In this document: positions 51,545-64,000 of the stretch, one piece after another
Numbering within the stretch: the stretch's first letter is position 1
Layout: each line of letters starts with the position of its first letter
Source of the DNA: Blasia pusilla
Lineage: Eukaryota
Assembly: GCA_050084515.1 (NCBI GenBank)
Contig: CM114271.1
Span: 19,468,001-19,532,000 of the forward strand
Direction: 5' to 3'
Length of the DNA stretch: 64,000 bases
The notes under the pieces: generated by a model
Told to the model about the DNA's origin: nothing
Database searches by the model: none
Seen by the model: the letters and a program-made list of their open reading frames with translations, nothing else
Program-made: the position numbers and the translations under genes

Positions 51545-52625
51545 GTTCCAAAGCATATGATCACTTCGACTTTACAAATCAATCAATTATATACTCCTCT
51601 AAGAATGCATGCCCCCTAGACTTTGAGGCACTTTCAAGTCCTTTAGAGTATCAAGAAGGCATTTCTCTTATCAATTATGGTCACAGGCCTACCAAGAGGT
51701 ATCTTTCTCCATTGTTCATTGTCACATGTTGGATTGACAATCTAACAAGTGACAAATATATGCATTTTGCGTAGAACCACGAGTGTAATTTACAAGACTC
51801 TTTGGGAGAGCTCTTGGAGAGGGATGGAATATCTTAGAACATAATTGGTGCTTGCAATCTATCATTCAAACTTCTCTCTAGATTACTGGCCAAACCTTCT
51901 AACTTAGAGAAAAAATTTGGAAAAGTCTATTCAAAGTTTTGAAAGGATCCAAGCCTTGTAAACCTACCTTCTACTTTCACCAAATTATTTGAACTAAAGA
52001 ACCCACTAACACTTATTGAATGGAAGAATAGCTCATTCCAAAAGTTCTTAAGGCTTAAATGAAGCGAACATATGAAAGAAAGATAAGAGAATCTAATTTT
52101 AGCTAGCATAGCATGGATTGCATCTACAAAGATATAAGATGTGGAAAAAATTAGAGTTACATATAATTCTGAAAAGATTCCCAACACCATGGTATACAAA
52201 GTGGGTGCTACCTCAAGTTGAGGTGCACGTGTGACTATTGGAGGGGCAAAGAACAACTAGGACATGCCATGTAAGTTAGGACTTTAGACAATTGTAGAAT
52301 GCTTGGAAAACGCGGGCGTATAATTTTGAACCCAAGAAAATATGGAAAAGCTTAAGTCTTGTCTTGCTTATTATTTATGGCTGAGGTAGAATCCGTGGTG
52401 CTTCCTTAATTATCCCAACCTTTTATTTTTATTATAATTTTATTTACGAAAATAGTGAAATTCCTAAATAAGATTCATTATAATTCTTTCCAAAATACAC
52501 ATTTATTTTCCTAAGATTTCTTTTGATGATTGAATTTGAATTGCTTGCATTTGTTACTTGAAGTAAGAATTTACAAATTTTCATGTTGTTTATATTTTGA
52601 AACATACATAACATTTTTCATGAAA

Positions 52626-52628
<3 letters not shown>

Positions 52629-52679
<51 letters not shown>
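52629..52679. repeat. Compound (TC)n(TA)n microsatellite
   Basis: Direct reading. Confidence 0.95.
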
Positions 52680-53301
52680 TCATATGACCTACCCATGTAG
52701 ATCACCTCCTCAATCCTAACTTATGATAGGGGATCAATGAGAAATTTTCATTAATAGAAAGTCAACTCTATAAAAAATACTTAGGTCCTTAAAAGAGGTC
52801 CAAACGAGCCCAGAATTGGGATTGGGATTAATCTATGCATGAAGGCTATTCTATTCCTTAAAAAAAGCATCGTTGATCCACCCAAATCAATCTTTGACCT
52901 CCTTGGATATATCGCGCAAATATTCTCCATTTTGTTATAAAAGCCATGACAAACATGATCATATATGTGTAAGGTTTCCATGTTAGAGTTTAGTTTCGAA
53001 CTTGATGGGTTGTAAACATAATGCTAACAATGTCAGTTGTGTAAAGATTTGTATGTCCACGACATTTATAAAATCATAAAAAAAAACTAATCATTATTAA
53101 AAAATTTAAGATATCAAAATAAGCATGAACATGTTCAGTTCAAGCGATCAAAGTTGGCTTAACATCAAATATTCCACTCTCGATGTTATAATTTCTCAAA
53201 AAATTAAGAGAGATAATAGGTCGCCTTGCACAACATATCACCTCATCCAAAATAGACAAATATGGATTTTTGGGAAATTGTCAATCTTGACATAATAGAT
53301 A

Positions 53302-53329
53302 CTAGAGGGTTGCTCGTGCTATGCACGAG
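53302..53329 (-). mobile_element. Helitron 3' terminus
   Basis: Minus strand CTCGTGC-ATA-GCACGAG perfect hairpin, 7-nt spacer, CTAG|T; 5' end not determined. Confidence 0.75.
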
Positions 53330-56300
53330 TGATATGAAGCTCGGAAAAAAAGGGGTACGGAGGAACACTCGTAGAACGAACGTAAATCTAATGTCTCCAC
53401 CCCCTTCATTCATTGGTTATAATTAATTCTCGTGTTGCCAAGTGTCACCACCAAGAAAGCTTCCATAGGACAGATGTCAATAGGAGGAGGAGGGATTCTA
53501 ACCCCATCCTCTGTTAATAGTATAGATGTAACTAACCTCATTTGATCACTTAGGACAAAATAAAGCTTGTAAGTATAGCCCATTGATTCCCTACACGGTT
53601 GACACGGAGGAACTCCACTTGTCAACCAACTATCATATCACAATTAGCACATACACATCATTATAAAACCTATATGATCATTTTTTTCATCCACAAAAAA
53701 AAAACCACCAATCTTTCCCAATACATAAACCTAAAGATGAGTGTATGCCCAATCATATCAAAGATCTCCTCAAGAGTATTCACAAAAAATCTATTTGATC
53801 TCGTTGGCGGATTGATATGACTATAATCTCCACACATCTACCTATCTATCTAATTTCCATACATGTCCTTTTTCAGCATGAGTGTGGCAAATATAAACTT
53901 TTCATATAATAACCCAAATAGTTCCGCCTCCCATGAGTCCTAACTCTTATTATGAATTAATACTCTCCCCATGTTGGAATATCTATATAGTATTCCAAAG
54001 TAGAGAGAAATTTAAGCATTATAATATGGATAAAATTGATCTAAGATATAAAATCAAATTGTAAGTAGAGAGAGAGAGAGAGAGAGAGTATCTGCGTGGT
54101 TTGATATCATGGTGTAGATCATGGTTTGTGTAGATATCATGGTGTTTTGAGTTTATGTGTGTAGATATCATGGTAATTTGTGTTTATGTGTGCATAGATG
54201 GTCGTAATAACATATCTTGTGGATGGATGTGTATGTACACTATATATACTAGAATATCTCCAGTTAAATTAACAATCAGATCTCATATTCTCTATAAGAT
54301 CTCCAATTAAATAAAAATCCATCTCTCTAAGTCTCTAAAAGTATCTTTATCTCTTATGTTAAATTAAACTAGGTCACATGGTGAGTGACTTGGATTTCTC
54401 ACAAGTGAAGGAAGAACATAGTTTTGAGGCAAAAAAAAAAAGAGTGAGATTTCTCCTTGAGGTTGCACTATCCATCTCTCCCAAGCTTTCTTCTCTGTGA
54501 TCCATGCACACAAATCACCTCTCCAACCCTAATCCTCTACAATGAATCAAAGAGCAATTTCCAAAATGGGAATTTAACCATATCCCAAATAGAAAACTTA
54601 CTCAAAATGACAAATTCCTCTAAATAACCCCGAATAGATAGTAAATTGGAAGTAAATTTCACACATAAGTCCAACCTCTAATTTTGACAAGCTAAGGAGT
54701 GTCATGATATAACATGCCTTAGCTTGTTACATTATGGCATCCTCCTCCACAACTTCCTATGTTAAGGGCATCTCCACCTTAAGACATAAAGTGGGGTGCC
54801 GTGGTGTGAGGTAAAATTTATTCCCCATGGATGGCTATGTATGAATTTTCATTTTAATGGTTTGAAAAAGAATTCAATATCCCGATTGATGGCTCTAAAG
54901 GAATTTTTGTTTTAATAGTTTGAAAGGGATTCAAGTTTTTCACACTAAAATGTGCTCATATGAATGGTCCCATAAGGATGACTTCTAAATTGAAGGGAAG
55001 GGGTTTGAAAACTTGGTGCATGGCCAAAGTATGTGAATCCAATCAATTTTTTTACTGGCAAGTACCACATTATTTGATTTTTTTAGCCCCTACATGTACT
55101 CCTTGTTTTTTTTTCTCACCATCTAGGTTATCCACGTGTCTTCCACACATGTTACTAATTACTTTCTCCCGTAGCCCTCTCAAAGGGGCCTCACAGTGGT
55201 TTATAGATCCAAAGAAATCTCCCCGTGATTGTGGAGACCAAATCGATATATTTACAACCTCTACAATAGTCGAGCCCCGAGTGTAGAGGCTATAGAATAC
55301 AAGTTATTTTGCAAATGAGATCTGATGTGAAATTTTCTATGTCCGATTGAAATTTCTTCCTTTCATAACCAATTACTCCCCTATGTAAGTATTAATTAAT
55401 CTCTCCGCTCTTCTCCACACAGTATTCTTTTGTAGCCGAGTTTTAATTCCACGTCGGAATGAACACGGCATGCGTGAAATCCCGTGCTATCTTTATTTCT
55501 TCCCGGAGTGTTAATCTCCGGAGTTTCTTTCCACCGTATTAGTCTTCTCCAAACCCTCTTTAAAAATCCAAACCAGGTTTCAAAGATCTCCCGAGCCTAC
55601 CAAACCCTAAAGTTTTTCTTAGGAGATCTCCTCCATGAATGTAAGGAACGTGAGGCGTCTAATGTTAGAAGCCTAAGGAAATATAGGAATAATTATTTTA
55701 TTTTATTATATATTCCGTCAGAAGTGAGTATCGTTACACGCTTCCCTGACCCCACGTGGCGTCCCTTGTGAATTTGCAGACCAGGTCACAGCAGAGAGAA
55801 TCATTCTCTCTCCACTTGCCCAAGGGTCTGTCCGCCCTCAAACAGTGGATATGGCGTAAAACTGGCATACCTACATTTGAAATAAACAAATAAAACGAAT
55901 AAAATGAGATAAATCTTAAAAATTAACAAGTTCAATTTGAATATCAATTGCATTAGCTGTAGTTACGGAATAATTTCTCTTTTATTCGAATGGTCTTAAT
56001 ATTTAAGTCTGTTGCCATTCTTCGTTCGCACATCTCACCCTCGTTCGATATAAGAGGAAGGACAGTAGACTCCATGAGGCGTTCTTGTGTAGTGACCTGT
56101 GTGCGCCGAGTGGCACTGTAGGAAAAGGCTGCTGTCTGCATCTCCCAAGGACCCGTCGGTTTCCGCCCTCATAAAGAGGGACCTTGCTCTACGTAAACCT
56201 CTCTGCTGTCCCGTGTCGTCCCTCTCATGAGCGGCTGCCCTGTGTCCTCCGCGTGAGATCATCGGCGCGCGACGTTGGGATTTCGTGTCACGTTCAGTTC

Positions 56301-56827
56301 GTCGGCTGATGCATTTGTATGTCCATCGCTCCGAACAGTCATCCGCCTCGAAGGATACGACCGCTCGTTGACTGGCGTCACTGAGCTCGAGCTCGAGCTC
56401 GAGTTGGCTAGCCAGCCGAGGAGCAAGCGATTGCGGGCAGAAGAGCACCCGAGCTTCGAGCGAAATGTGAGTGGCGACTTCGCCCGTGTCCCACGACATC
56501 TCTCGAACCCTGCGTGTCCGCGTCCATGTTTTGATATTTACTGGTCGGAGCGAATGGCATTGAGCCGAGGGAACGCTATAGTTGTTTAGCTGAACTCGGG
56601 ACAGCTTGTCGAGTTCGCTGTGTGGTCTTCACCCCCAGAAATCATGTCGATCAGGACTGTCTTTTTGGTGATGTCGAACGAAGAATGGAGAATGTGCCGT
56701 GGCGTCATTCGTCGGAAGGAATGTCTTGTCGGTGGGTATCTAAGGGGATTGCTCGTCTTTCTCCATCTCCAATTCCCGACCGGGTTAAGTCACTTGGCGA
56801 AGCCCACATGATTACTCTGTGGTCAGG

Positions 56828-57995
56828 ATGAGGTGATTTCCATAGTAAGGCCACACCTCGGCGAAGGGGATGAAATACCGAAGTGTAATCTCATATTTTC
56901 AGGGGTGAAGATTGCATATTTATTCACCCGCAGTACGCTTTTGACGGAGCATCTCGCAAGTTCATTTTTCTCACTTTTTCTTCACGTTTATACACAGGGC
57001 GTCGACTGTGAAGTTGCTGCTCGGTTTGTTGATCGCGCTCCTGCGCGAGGCTGTTTGCTGGGAGGCGGACGGCTGGCAGTATGCTCACGCGACATTTTAC
57101 GGTGGAACCGATGCATCTGGCACAATGGGTAAGAGACGCGAGCGGCTGTCATCGCTGCTGTAGTGCTTTTTCTCTTGCGTTTTTTGTACGAATTCTCATT
57201 CATGCATACGTTTTTTAACTCATGGACCGCTCGGCAATGTAGCTGGTGCTTGTGGATATGGCGACCTGTACAGCCAGGGATACGGCACGCACACTGCAGC
57301 CCTATCCGCTGCGATCTTCCAGAACGGGCTGAACTGCGGGGCTTGCTACGAGATCTACTGCGATGCTCAAACTGACGGTAAATGGTGTCTTGCGGGTTCA
57401 CCTCATGTGACCATCACCGCCACCAATTTCTGCCCAGCTAATTATGCCCTGCCCAGCGACAATGGGGGCTGGTGCAACTCCCCGCGCGTCCATTTCGATA
57501 TGGCCTACCCTGCCTTCCAACAGATCGCCGTCCCTCGATCTGGCATCGTCCCTGTAAAGTACAGAAGGTAAATGCAGGCCCTCAGCTCTTGCAATTTCCA
57601 CCTGAAGGCTTAGTTGCTTCTCTACGCCTTGGTCTATTGATTACTCGCGAAAACTACGCTGACCCAAATGCTTGGATTGTCGTTTCAGTGTGTCGTGCAA
57701 CAAAAGTGGTGGCATTCGTTTCACTGTGAATGGAAATCCGTACTTCAATTTGGTGCTCGTTACGAACGTGGGAGGATCTGGCGAAGTGTATTCAGTGTCC
57801 ATGAGGGGTACCAACACCGACTGGATTCCAATGACTCAAAACTGGGGTCAGAATTGGCAATGCCACCAGAACTTGGTCGGCCAAGCGATCTCCTTCCTCG
57901 TCCGGAATGGAAAAGGCGAGGTTGTGACTTCCTTCAACGTCGCCGAGCCCGGCTGGCGGTTTGGACAAACCTTCGAGGGCTCTAACTTCCGTTAA
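56828..57995 (+). CDS. EXPA: Alpha-expansin (EXPA family cell-wall loosening protein), 4 coding exons: 56828-56832, 56998-57128, 57243-57567, 57689-57995; 255 aa
   Basis: Three GT-AG introns splice to a 768-nt open frame: [22 protein letters not shown] (signal peptide-like), then [53 protein letters not shown] (HFD motif), [30 protein letters not shown]. The 5-nt first exon (ATGAG|GT) is less certain than the rest. Confidence 0.96.
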
Positions 57996-58784
57996 GCAAG
58001 CTGTCGGCAGGACGTGAATGAGAAATTTACACTCCTTCTCGGTGTATAGTTACTTTGAACATGTAGGGGAAGGGGCAGAGGAGCCGGGCGTCGGGCAAAG
58101 GCATCGGAAGGATACAGCTCCATCGACTGGAGGTTTCATAGATAGACTGTGACCAGTCTTGTAAGATTACGCGAAATGAGGATAAGGGCTACGACGCGGG
58201 CGGTTTCAACACAGTGACTGTGTCACAGAGCACGACACAGCAGGCAGAGAAGAGTCAAGTCAAACCCGCCAGGGCCCTGACAGTCGCACTCCCTTTTTCC
58301 TACGTACATATCGAACGTTCACCGCTTCGAGCGTCCTTTGCGTGCATGAGCACCAGCCATCCTTACCCGATTCCGAGCTGAATGAATGATTAGCTCAAGG
58401 CAGCTGAGGTGAGCACAGGGCTGCCCGCGTCAGTGTTGATCATACCTGCTCATTCCGACTTGTAAATGACTCACTAAGTAAGGTTGATTCCTGCGCACCG
58501 CATAACATTAGCGGTGTACGCTCTTCACTGCGCTTCCCAACGACGCATTAGTGGGCTTGGCTCCGACGACGCATTAGTGAGCATAGCTCGGAAACGTTTT
58601 ATTCATGTCGACTTAACTACTTACATTGAGCATTATCTGACTCATCTATTCTTGTAACTAGGTGTTCTCTGGTGTCCAATCGTAATCCCTGCCTCTGCAG
58701 CTACCGACGCTCCGGTGACCGCAGGATATCGGAAACTGACCGTGCTACGTGTAGCAAATTTTCATGGTTCCTCAATCGAGGACC

Positions 58785-58847
58785 TTATTATTTATACATC
58801 TATATATACATAAGATCACTTTCAAGGGATGATGTGTGCGAGGAACT

Positions 58848-58887
<40 letters not shown>

Positions 58888-58911
58888 CACTTTCAAGGGA
58901 TGATGTGTGCG
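58785..58911. repeat. Local ~71-bp duplication with a (TA)n tract
   Basis: ATCACTTTCAAGGGATGATGTGTGCG at ~58815 and ~58886, each preceded by TA-rich sequence. Confidence 0.85.
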
Positions 58912-61900
58912 TGGAGCGAGAAATTATTGAGCTTATAATATTTATATGCACGTTCTATTATAACTTTCTCGAAAGAATCCGAGTGCAGTTAAAGGTTGAT
59001 GAGTGTGCAGCGAGGAAATATTGAGCTAAGAATATTTGAATGGAGGAAGATTATGTGTGGTGCTAACGTTAAATGATCGTGGTCTCGCTGTACACGCCCT
59101 AAAGAGACCGAAATAGGCGGATAGTTACCTTGGACTCTACTGAGATCTGCTCGCGCCCCCGAGAACAGACAGCGCCAAACATTGAACTCGCCTCGCATGA
59201 TAAAAACCATGTCTCCAAAATCCTCAACCTACAACGCGGCAATGATGTAGTAGAGAGACAGCATGTGCGCTGCGGACTGCACCCTAAAATTTCCGCTAGA
59301 AAAGTAAAACCGAAGCATCACACGAAAAGCCTCCCCACTGAAAAGGTGCGAGAGCACGATGAGAACGAGGACGAGCTATTGTACCGGAGACCCACCACCA
59401 CCCTAAAAAGCGATGATAGAACGTCTGTCGGCAAATTCCGGAGAGCACGCGCTGTTTAGAATAGTTGGCAAAGGGAACAATCCGAAGCGAACGTGGGATG
59501 GTGGTCCGGAAAGCGGCACGGAATTGCGAATGTGGAAGTTTTCGTGTTCCCGCCGCATTTTCTCCGATAATGAAATCTTGGGAGGAATAGAAACGAATGT
59601 TTGGGACAAATCGCAAGGCGACATACCCGGGCCGTGCTACTTGCCATCAGAGCATCTACGGGTCAGTAAGAGATTCTCCCTGGTGAGCAGAAGTGACTTC
59701 TGAGTAGACGAATTGCAGACGCAAGAAGATACCAAGCTCGGGCACACCAAATTTGTAGCTTTCCTGTGGTCAAGGGTGGAACAATTGATTGCGCGACCGA
59801 CGGAAAGCGATCGGTTAAGATCGTAGGCAGAAACAGTTTGGACCTGGAGCGCAGACAGCGCAACGGAAGTCGTAGACCGACTCTCTACCGCCTGCAACGA
59901 AGCTATCGAGAGAGACGGGTGAATCTTACTACCACACAAGTAGGCACGGTTCAGGTTTCGCTTTCTCTGAGCAGTCAGATCGCTGAGCCTTCCATTCGGA
60001 GGCAGGTGACTAGACTAGTCTTGATCCGGCGCAGGGATCAAATCTCCAACCTTTCGTACCCAGGGTACCTCCAAAGTCGACTGCCAACGGGCAGAGAGCT
60101 GCAACGCCAGGTGATCATGAAGGATGAGCTGCAAAATGCTTTCCCGGCTCGTCCAAAGCAAAGCTGCTGATCCGACGGAGAAAAGCAGGATCGCCGCGAG
60201 CGAAAGCGCGAGGAAGGAAGGAAGGAAGGGAAAAGTGACCGCCCTTCTGTACAGGGGACGAAAATTGATGGGATTTGTCCCCTCCACGACAAACCAGGGA
60301 TTGATTATGAAAGCAAAAATAGACAACTTGAAACAGGGAAATGGGGACTCATCGGAAGAAGAATATAAACTTTAATAGAAACTGGGATGGAAAACTCATA
60401 GGGATACAGGAAAAAAAACCGCCTGCCAGAAGAAGAAGCATAGTAAGAACCTCTAAAGCTGCCTCACTAATATCCAGCCACATTTAGAAAACATATTACC
60501 AGCAAGAGATACCCACTTCATTATTATCACGAACCCCAAAAGAGCAAGAGGGCACTTCGTAGTGGCATTTTTAAAGAGCCCTTGTTAAAGATGGATAGCT
60601 ACAAAACAACGTCTCCAATATAAGAACACAACATGTGAAGACAACTCATTTTTCGAATCAAGCCTTTGCCAATCTCAATGGTAACAATGAAACAACGTTT
60701 TTAGTCAGTAAAGCTTTAAAATTGATCTCGTACCCATCATATTCCTGGTGCACCATGTGCCGAACTGATTCTCACATAGTGAGAGAGCCCGTGGATGTCG
60801 GCCACCATCAACGTGAACCTCTTGCATTAGTCCCCATGATTGAGGGAATTCGCATGGAAGTGCCAAACGCACAAGGACCAGACTCTTATGACACTCACAA
60901 ATGGGAGGCCCATACGGCCTATGACACTCACAATTCGTCAAACGGACCACCCAAATTAAATGGACTACCACCCCCCCCCTCTCTCCAAATAGAGAATATA
61001 TTCAAAATGGGGAATATGTGACATGCTCACGCTCTTCCTTCCCGTATTTCATGCTAGGCCGACATTTTCGCGACCCATCGATGGATCACGAGAGCTGGTG
61101 GGCGAATGTCCAAGTGGCTCCTGGCTATGTCGCACCTTTCCTGTATGTACTGGAGGCTCGTTTCAATGGATGGATGTCGCTCTTCCCTCCGCGCTTCGCC
61201 TCTTAGGCTCTGTCTGCCCTCTCATCGTCGATGGATCTGTACGGCGGCCACCCTCTGACAGTCAAGTCTACGCTACCGGTACCAAGGTCCTTTTCAACCA
61301 GAGCCGCAGAGAGAGGGGCAGAGCAGAGTCGCCATCCGGGGGGACGCGCCTCGCGATCCCTCTGTCGCTGGGGGCTGTGCGCGGTCCGTGAACAAACTGA
61401 TTCTTTCTCATACATCGCTTCCTCTCGATTTCTCTCTCGGATGTTCCGGAATGTGCATGGCAGCGAGCAGCTCCGAAGCAGCACGTCGGTGTGTATACGA
61501 TCACACGGCCTGGCAGCTGCAGGTAGCTGGCCTTGGCGTGGATTCTCACGCACAGCGAGTCCTCCTTTCCGGTGACATTTATGTTCCATGACATGGCGGC
61601 CTTGCATTTGGCTGCTGCTATTTGAGAAAAGGATGAGTCAGCCGTTATGAACGCATCCTTGATCCGCATTCCCAACCCTGTTCTCGCGACCGTATAACGG
61701 AAGCTATGAGTACATCAGCGCGAGACTGAAGCTACGGAACACGAGACACGTCAATTCGCGTCCACCGGCGCATCGATTGATTGCTGTCTGTCTTCTTGGA
61801 AATGAGATGTCCGCTTGCGTCTTTGAGATCTTCCCGAAAGCCCTTACAGCACGAAAAACCCCATCTTTGAAATCAGCGATTGTGTGCCAGAGAACCATCC

Positions 61901-64000
61901 GAAGCCCTCGCTCGAACAATTGGTGTCTGCCAAAGATCTCCGTGGTCTTTGGCCGTCTCCCCACGCTTGATTCCGGGGTTATGCCCCCGAAAATTTGGCC
62001 GCAATTCGAGATCTGGTTTCGTTGTGGACGCGAGGTTTGATGCATCGTGATCCGCGATTTGTTGTGCAGATATTAAACAAAAGGCGATCCCGGTGAGTTC
62101 TGTTGTCATTCGCGTTTTACCCCTCTAAACTGGTAGAGTGTTACAAAGCCAGCAATGCGGATGGATGAAACCCAAGAACTCGCATAAGCAACTCCAGATC
62201 TCTAGCTGTTTTCGATGTAGAGGAGGGGTGATTTGGGTTTCTTCTCAGGAACGGAACCGAAGCTGTCCATGGCACCTCCCTCGTGGCTCTCGATTCTCCA
62301 GTGTGCTTGTGCGATTTTCCAAGAGGTGCGGATTCGAGTGCATTCCGAACCTGGTCTTCTGGCATGCGGATGCGTGTGAGTCGTTGATGAACGAGCTGTG
62401 GGAGAAAATCCTCCTATGAGAGCTTTCACGAGGAACCTGCGCAGTTCAATGGGCTAAGTCGGTGTGGAACACGTGGAATGGAAATAGGGTGAAGGGAACA
62501 TGGAATCCTCGGCTGTGCAGACCATTTTCACAGAGGGGTGCGCTCACCCATCTCCGTGATCATGACATGGGTCGCATCGTGAGTGTCAGTGGTTGGGGCA
62601 GGGGTTGTCTTTAGAGTTTTCCCGAGCGGCGACTCGTTCTCTTCCTCTATATCAAACCCAATCCCTTCCGAGAATTTTTTAGGCATAATTTCCGCTTGAA
62701 TTTCCAATGGCGGGAACTCTCTTCCAAGACTGTTGTAGTGCTACTTTTGCGACTTTGACTAAGGGACCGACTGTCAGTTCATGATGCATACAAGTTCATA
62801 GAACCTTCCCTCTGTTTCAGTTGAAGGTTTGTACAATCAGAAGCGTGAGGGTCGATTCGTTGACTGACAAGCGCAGGAGATGCCCCCACTAGCGATTTGA
62901 AAGACGATCATTTGTATTACCTGCATTACCGCACTTGTGCGAATCACGTCACCTTCATTCAAGTCTATAGGCAGCTTGGTCGAAGGCTTACATACGTCGT
63001 CACACATCACCAACGGCGGTCCGAGCTGGAGCTGGGGCTGGAGTAGTAGCCGGAATCTTTAGACTGACAGAATTATGTTTGTGTACCACCACCCAAATTT
63101 ATCGATGGGTGGTGGTGGATATGACGGATATGAAAAGAATCTCCTCGACGGACTTCGGCATGGACTACCACTTCGTTCGACATCGGGACCGGACTTTGGT
63201 ATTCGACGTAGGGGGATTTCCTCAAAACCGATCTCCCAATTGCGTTGTTGCAGCTGCTGCAACAGAAACCTACTGACGTCCTTCGCAGTGAAACTTGTTT
63301 TTCCGCCGGTCTGCCGCACAGCTCGTCTTCGCCGTCCTATTGATACATATGATTGCTACTGAGGGCCTGAATCCTGATCAGAAAAACCATGAGAGCTTAT
63401 TCTCCCGCACTCCGTCTGTAGGACTCATAGGGTCTTCTTTTCAATTCATCGCCGGGGATGAATTGAAATGAAGGAAGGACTACGATGTCCTCTACGATAG
63501 AAAGCAAGGCAACGCAGCGAGTGCAATCACTGCAATGCAAGTGAGTCCAAACCTTCGCAGAATCCTTAAAAAGCGAGCATATTCGGTGTCGTGTTTCCCG
63601 ACAAGAAACAGCCAACCGATGTCAGACCGTGTGGGGTCGAGCGGACTTAAATCCGAGAAGGTGACGCTCGAAAAGTAAGATTAAAAAACTGCGGCAACAG
63701 GGGCATGTGCGAGAGTGATCTCGTCACATAAAAGCTCCCAATCCGTGCGCCTCCAGGAGTCTTCGGGCCCATGTGCGCATCACGGCACCGGAACTCCGGT
63801 CGGGGAAAACGCGAGTTAATGCCAGCCTCAACAAAAAGCATATTTTGCCTCATCAGATGATCAGATGCGCTGGGTATGAATGCCAACAGCAGGGCGTTGG
63901 TCACCTAACCCCCGTTAATGGACCACTCCATCACTCGTTTTAATCGAAGTGCATCTTTTTCTCTAATGGAACGATTTTAGCATCGTCCACTATCCATATC

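Noticed and set aside
54764..54780. TAA-GGGCATCTCCA as a PIF/Harbinger (Tourist) terminus
   Set aside because: No convincing partner TIR or TSD was found.

Overview
Eukaryotic land-plant genomic DNA; a bryophyte or liverwort origin is my inference from the TE content, not something the sequence proves. The only host gene I can support is an intact 4-exon alpha-expansin (56828-57995, +, 255 aa) whose first coding exon is only 5 nt. About 3.8-55.3 kb is a CpG-poor pile of nested transposon remnants, many resolvable to the base from termini and target-site duplications (TSDs). It holds two opposed copies and a solo LTR of a chromodomain Ty3/Gypsy family (A) and a second Gypsy lineage (B) with a D-H-G protease and a 4-bp TSD. 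It also holds solo LTRs of two more families (C, D), a decayed hAT transposase followed by a ~19-copy 180-bp tandem array, hAT-type MITEs, a CACTA remnant, non-autonomous Helitrons and a decayed RING-finger ORF. The most unusual item is a decayed Rep ORF with Helitron2/Helentron-type rather than canonical plant Helitron signatures. The flanks (1-3.8 kb, 58-64 kb) are CpG-rich and look single-copy, but I recognise no protein there. No rRNA, tRNA or CRISPR features were seen. All alignments were done by eye, and I found no clearly new functional system.
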